A model generated the notes under the pieces. It was given only the letters and a program-made list of their open reading frames with translations, was not told where the DNA came from and ran no database searches. Of a stretch of 64,000 nucleotides of DNA, positions 60,225 through 64,000 are shown piece by piece. Numbering within the stretch: position 1 is the first letter of the stretch; each line of letters begins with the position of its first letter. Source of the DNA: Dehalococcoidia bacterium (GTDB taxonomy: Bacteria > Chloroflexota > Dehalococcoidia > Lucifugimonadales > UBA3495). A program made the position numbers and the translations under genes. The stretch is from the NCBI GenBank assembly GCA_965261945.1, contig CBDHEF010000002.1, positions 591,327 through 655,326 of the forward strand, written 5' to 3'.

Positions 60225-62000
60225 ATGGCATTGGGCACGTTTGACTTCGCAATGGGTATCGGTGGTGAAGCGGGGCAGGGCATCGCCACACCCGGCGACA
60301 TTTTTGCCCGCATCGTCGTCCGGCGCGGGTTGCATCTCAGCACCTACAACGCCTACCAATCCATCATCCGCGGCGGGCATATCTTCCTCACATTGCGTAT
60401 TTGCGATGAGGAGATATTCACCCACGGGGATAAGCTGGACCTCCTGCTCTGCCTCAATCAGGACACCATGGACCGCCACCAGCGGCTGATCGGGCCGGGC
60501 GGGCGAGTCCTATTCAACAGCGACACGATAACCCCCGGCGAGTCCAACGGCGCCGATCTTTGCGCCATTCCTGTCGGCGAACTGACTCAGAGCCGCAACC
60601 GGCTCATACAGAACACCGTGGCCATGGGCGCTGTAACGTCCCTGGTGCAGCTGGACTTCGAGGTTCTGGAAGAAAGCCTCAAGTTGCGTTTCGCGCGGCA
60701 GGGCCAGCAGGTGGTGGACCAGAACGTGGAGGTGGCCCGGGCCGGATTCGAATATGCCCAGGCCAATTTCCAGCCCTTCGCCGACTCGCTGCCCCAGGGC
60801 GGCAAGCCGTTGGCGGTGTGGGCCGGCAACGAAGCCATCGCCATGGGCGGCGCGGCAGCCGGCGTGAAATTCTATGCCGCCTACCCCATGAGTCCCGCCT
60901 CCGGCGTCCTGCACTGGATGGCGTCCAACGCCCGCAACCTGGGCATTATGGTGCGGCAGGTTGAGGACGAGATTAGCGTGTCCAACATGGTGATTGGGGC
61001 GGCCCACACCGGTGCCCGGGCTATGTGCGCCACGTCCGGCGGCGGATTCGCCCTGATGACCGAGGCCGTGGGCAGCGCGGGGATGATGGAAATTCCGGTG
61101 GTGTTCGTCGACGTGCAGCGGGCCGGGCCGTCCACCGGCGTCCCGACCAAGACTGAGCAGGGCGACTTGTGGCAGGTGCTGGGGGCCAGTCAAGGGGACT
61201 ACGAGCGGCTGATAGTGGCTCCCCGGGACGCGCTGGACGCCTTCAACGCCACGCCGGAGCTGTTCAACCTCACCGACAAGTACCAATGTCCGGGTATCCT
61301 GATTTCCGACCTCCTCATTTCCGAGGGCCGGTACAGCGTTGACCCTGACCTGATAGATATGCACCCGGTCATTGACCGCGGGCAGCTCATTTCCGAGCCA
61401 GTGTCGCCCAACGGCTACAAACGCTACGAGAACACCGAAACCGGCATATCCCCTCGCGCCGTCCCGGGCCTTGAGGGGTACGTTCACGTCGTAGCCACCG
61501 ACGAGCATGACGAGGACTCGACGCTCATCAGCGATGAGTTCACGAATCCCCACAAGCGCCGCATGATGGTGGAGAAGCGGGGCCGCAAGATGCAGGGTAT
61601 TTTGGAGTTGATTGCTCCACCGGAACTGGAAGGCCCCGAAAACGCGGAGGTCACCCTGGTGGGTTGGGGATCGACGCATGGAGCCATCGAAGAAGCCAGG
61701 CAACAACTGGCCGAGCGTGGAGTGACCGTCAACCAGTTGGGGATCAAGTGGATTATGCCCTTCCACGCCGACCATGTGAGTCGGATTCTGAACAATGCAA
61801 AGAAAGTCATCATAGTCGAGAATACCTACTCCGGGCAGTTCGCCCGCTTCCTGCGCAGCGAAACCGGCTTCGCCGCCCACGGCCACATTCGCAAGTACGA
61901 CGGCGAGCCCTTCATGCCCCACCACATAGCCGACGGTGTCATGGAGCAGGTGGCAGAGAAAGTCAGCTCCTACGTCCCGTACCAGGAAGTGATGGTCTAG
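60225..62000 (+). CDS. korA: 2-oxoacid:ferredoxin (acceptor) oxidoreductase, fused gamma/alpha subunit
   Basis: The N-terminal gamma-like domain reads GGEAGQGIATPGDIFA. The alpha domain reads GNEAIAMGGAAAGVKFYAAYPMSPAS...VQRAGPSTG.PTK.EQGD. Confidence 0.9.
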   Translation: MALGTFDFAMGIGGEAGQGIATPGDIFARIVVRRGLHLSTYNAYQSIIRGGHIFLTLRICDEEIFTHGDKLDLLLCLNQDTMDRHQRLIGPGGRVLFNSDTITPGESNGADLCAIPVGELTQSRNRLIQNTVAMGAVTSLVQLDFEVLEESLKLRFARQGQQVVDQNVEVARAGFEYAQANFQPFADSLPQGGKPLAVWAGNEAIAMGGAAAGVKFYAAYPMSPASGVLHWMASNARNLGIMVRQVEDEISVSNMVIGAAHTGARAMCATSGGGFALMTEAVGSAGMMEIPVVFVDVQRAGPSTGVPTKTEQGDLWQVLGASQGDYERLIVAPRDALDAFNATPELFNLTDKYQCPGILISDLLISEGRYSVDPDLIDMHPVIDRGQLISEPVSPNGYKRYENTETGISPRAVPGLEGYVHVVATDEHDEDSTLISDEFTNPHKRRMMVEKRGRKMQGILELIAPPELEGPENAEVTLVGWGSTHGAIEEARQQLAERGVTVNQLGIKWIMPFHADHVSRILNNAKKVIIVENTYSGQFARFLRSETGFAAHGHIRKYDGEPFMPHHIADGVMEQVAEKVSSYVPYQEVMV

Positions 62001-62081
62001 GCCGGAAACAGCCTGACCGTCAGATCCTTGTCCTTTACAGGAACCGGCGGAAGCCGCAAGTCTTGGCAAAGAGGTGATTCG

Positions 62082-62987
62082 ATGGCAACCGTAGGCGTAG
62101 CCAATGGCAAGACCGATATTCAGCTAACCCCCAGGGATTTCAAGGGGTTGGTCGACCCCGACTGGTGTCCCGGCTGCGGCGACTTCGGGGTGCTGAATGC
62201 CCTGCAACGCGCCTGCGCCGAGCTTGGGTTGCAACCCCACGAAATCCTGACCGTCAGCGGCATCGGCTGCTCCTCTAACCTGCCGGGCTACTTCAATTCC
62301 TACGGGATGCACACCCTTCACGGGCGATCCCTGCCGGTGGCCACCGGCGCCAAGCTGGCCAACCACGACCTGACCGTGTTCGTAACCGGCGGCGACGGCG
62401 ACGGTTACGGTATCGGCGGCAACCATTTCGCCCACTCCGCCCGCCGCAACATAGACCTGACCTACATCGTGATGAACAACCAGATCTACGGCCTCACGAC
62501 CGGCCAGATTTCTCCCACCAGCAGTTATGGCATGAGCACCAAAAGCACTCCATTCGGGAGCGTTGAGGCTCCGGTTAATCCCATCACTTCGGCCATAATG
62601 AATGGCGCAACCTTCGTGGCGCGCGGGTACAGCGGCGATGTTCGCCACCTGACCGAGCTGATAAAGATGGCTGTGAAGCACAAGGGCTTTTCCCTGATCG
62701 ATGTGTTCAGCCCCTGCGTCACCTTCAATTTGGACAACACCCACAATTTCTTCAAGGACCGGGTCAAGAAACTCGAGGACCAGGGCCACGACCCCACCGA
62801 CTGGAAGGCTGCCTGTGAGAAGGCCATGCAGTGGGGCGACGATATTTATACCGGCCTGTTCTTACAGAAAGAGTCGATTTCGCTGATTGAAGCCGAGCCA
62901 GTGCTGTCCAAGGAAGGCCCGTTGGCCAAGCGCCCACTGGGCCTGTCCGATGAGCAGGCCCAGCGCATCATTCAACGCATGATGTAG
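62082..62987 (+). CDS. korB: 2-oxoacid:ferredoxin oxidoreductase, beta (TPP-binding) subunit
   Basis: DWCPGCGDFGVL...GGDGDGYGIGGNH...MNNQIYGLTTGQ. Confidence 0.9.
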   Translation: MATVGVANGKTDIQLTPRDFKGLVDPDWCPGCGDFGVLNALQRACAELGLQPHEILTVSGIGCSSNLPGYFNSYGMHTLHGRSLPVATGAKLANHDLTVFVTGGDGDGYGIGGNHFAHSARRNIDLTYIVMNNQIYGLTTGQISPTSSYGMSTKSTPFGSVEAPVNPITSAIMNGATFVARGYSGDVRHLTELIKMAVKHKGFSLIDVFSPCVTFNLDNTHNFFKDRVKKLEDQGHDPTDWKAACEKAMQWGDDIYTGLFLQKESISLIEAEPVLSKEGPLAKRPLGLSDEQAQRIIQRMM

Positions 62988-63013
62988 TTTCCAGAAAACG
63001 AAGACTCGGTTGC

Positions 63014-63040
63014 GGGAGCGTCGTTAGGGCGCTCCCTTTT
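63014..63040 (+). terminator. Intrinsic terminator after korB
   Basis: GGGAGCG (63014-63020) / CGCTCCC (63030-63036) followed by TTTT. Confidence 0.6.
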
Positions 63041-63176
63041 CGTTGCCTCCCCTTTCGTGGCGCGGCGCCTGTTGCCGGTTGCCCACGCCTGCCGCTTGCT
63101 TTAATATCTAGCCCAGTATCCCGGCTCCAGAGTCCGGGCATTGGCGCCCGGCCAGTCAGCGGGACAGGAGGCAGTG

Positions 63177-64000
63177 TTGGCTACGTCCATTGTGATGCCG
63201 CAGTTGGGCTACGATATGCGGGAAGGCACCGTCGTGCGCTGGATCAAACAAGAAGGCGACGAAGTGGTCGCCAACGAAGTCATAGCCGAAATCGAGACCG
63301 ACAAGGCGGTTGTTGAGTTCAAGCCCACCACTGGCGGCGTACTTCGCCGCATCGTCGCCGGCGAGGGCGAGGCCGTGCCGGTGGGCCAACTCATCGCCAT
63401 TATCGGGAGCGCGGACGAAGCCCTGCCGGACGATCTGACCGGCCCTGCCGCAGCCGAGGCCCCTACTCCTGCGCCCGAACCCGCTGCCGCTGTCGCCGCC
63501 ATGCCCACTGACCCCCACGTAGCCCCCACCGGGGAAGTGCGCGCTTCCCCCATCGCCCGGCGTCTGGCCCGCGAGCGCGGGGTTGACCTGGATTCGATAA
63601 CCGGTAGCGGCCCAGGCGGCCGTATCGTCGAGGCCGACGTGTTGGCTGCCGCAGAGGCTGCTACCGTTGCCGCCATCGCCGGTCGGATTCTAGCCTCTCC
63701 GCTGGCCCGTCGCCTGGCCCGCGAGCAAGGACTGGACCTGGCAACCATTGTCGGTACTGGCCCCGGCGGCCGCATCGTGGAAGCAGACGTTACCGCCGCC
63801 GCTGCCGCCCTGGCCGCCGCGCCGTCTGCGCCCGAACCTGCGGCAGAGGCCGCCCCCGCGGAAGGCGCCGAGCGCGCTGACCTTTCACGGATGCGGCAGG
63901 CCATCGCCAGCGTCACCTCCGGCAGCAAGCGCGAGGCCCCGCACTTCTACGTGGCCGCCGACGTTGACATGACGGCCGCCATGTCCCTGCGGCGCGACAT
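63177..64000 (+). CDS. Dihydrolipoamide acyltransferase (E2), N-terminal part with one lipoyl domain and two E3-binding domains; 3' end outside window
   Basis: AGGAGG RBS, then TTG 63177 (or GTG 63174). The lipoyl domain reads IVMPQLGYDMREGTVVRWIK.EGD.V....VIAEIETDKAVVEF. Two PSBD copies are present (ASPIARRLARERGVDLDSITGSGPGGRIVEADV and ASPLARRLAREQGLDLATIVGTGPGGRIVEADV). The catalytic domain starts at MRQAIA... The frame is open to the window end, which is why it is missing from the ORF track. Confidence 0.85.
   Translation, partial: MATSIVMPQLGYDMREGTVVRWIKQEGDEVVANEVIAEIETDKAVVEFKPTTGGVLRRIVAGEGEAVPVGQLIAIIGSADEALPDDLTGPAAAEAPTPAPEPAAAVAAMPTDPHVAPTGEVRASPIARRLARERGVDLDSITGSGPGGRIVEADVLAAAEAATVAAIAGRILASPLARRLAREQGLDLATIVGTGPGGRIVEADVTAAAAALAAAPSAPEPAAEAAPAEGAERADLSRMRQAIASVTSGSKREAPHFYVAADVDMTAAMSLRRD

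Noticed and set aside
60510-62069. 519-aa minus-strand ORF
   Set aside because: Antisense shadow of korA, whose plus-strand translation carries clear OFOR alpha motifs.
63209-63928. 239-aa Ala/Arg-rich minus-strand ORF
   Set aside because: Antisense to the E2 acyltransferase. The plus-strand frame, open to the window end, has lipoyl and PSBD motifs.
1-64000. Search for tRNA, rRNA, CRISPR arrays, IS elements, integrases and prophage genes
   Set aside because: No cloverleaf-compatible sequence was found in intergenic gaps over 70 nt. No repeat-spacer arrays and no transposase, integrase or phage structural motifs appeared in any credible ORF. The low-GC cassettes have no recognisable flanking direct repeats or att-like sites.

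Overview
High-GC (about 60-65% in the 60-nt lines I counted) bacterial chromosomal segment. It is densely coding on both strands, with about 60 protein genes. I found no rRNA, tRNA, CRISPR array, transposase or integrase. Core metabolism includes a pyrimidine operon (pyrR-pyrB-pyrC-carA-[orf]-carB, with a PyrR-type attenuator) and a separate pyrF. It also includes plsX-fabG, thrC, a thiolase, lpd, korAB-type 2-oxoacid:ferredoxin oxidoreductase and a partial E2 acyltransferase. The rest is a paralog-rich oxidative/catabolic repertoire: 3 luciferase-like (LLM) flavin monooxygenases, a Rieske dioxygenase alpha/beta pair, a meta-cleavage-type hydrolase, 2 isocitrate-lyase/PEP-mutase paralogs, several SDRs, a GMC oxidoreductase, a CaiB-type CoA-transferase, L-2-hydroxyglutarate oxidase, gamma-glutamyltransferase and an orphan TRAP binding protein. 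This content resembles marine Chloroflexota of the SAR202 type, but that is inference only. Four short low-GC insertions (about 42-52% GC) stand out. (1) A translationally coupled DUF262 + HEPN pair at 10655-12417 is the best candidate for an uncharacterised defence module. (2) A small-TM protein plus PD-(D/E)XK/DUF4268-like protein sits at 51298-52513. (3) A lone HEPN/PaREP1-like helical protein sits at 6356-6772. (4) A decayed hicB/hicA pair sits at 33132-33498. Other notable points: a gene with an in-frame TGA at a U-G-S-C motif plus a downstream hairpin (candidate selenoprotein, 49623-50165); carA and carB separated by an unknown ORF, with no canonical carB start codon; a pentapeptide-repeat protein with a TIR-like tail; a DUF4349-PKD-TM-zinc-ribbon lipoprotein; an abundant REP-like intergenic repeat family; and two perfect 14-bp tandem duplications flanking thrC. 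Many long ORFs in the supplied track are antisense shadows typical of high-GC DNA and were rejected.
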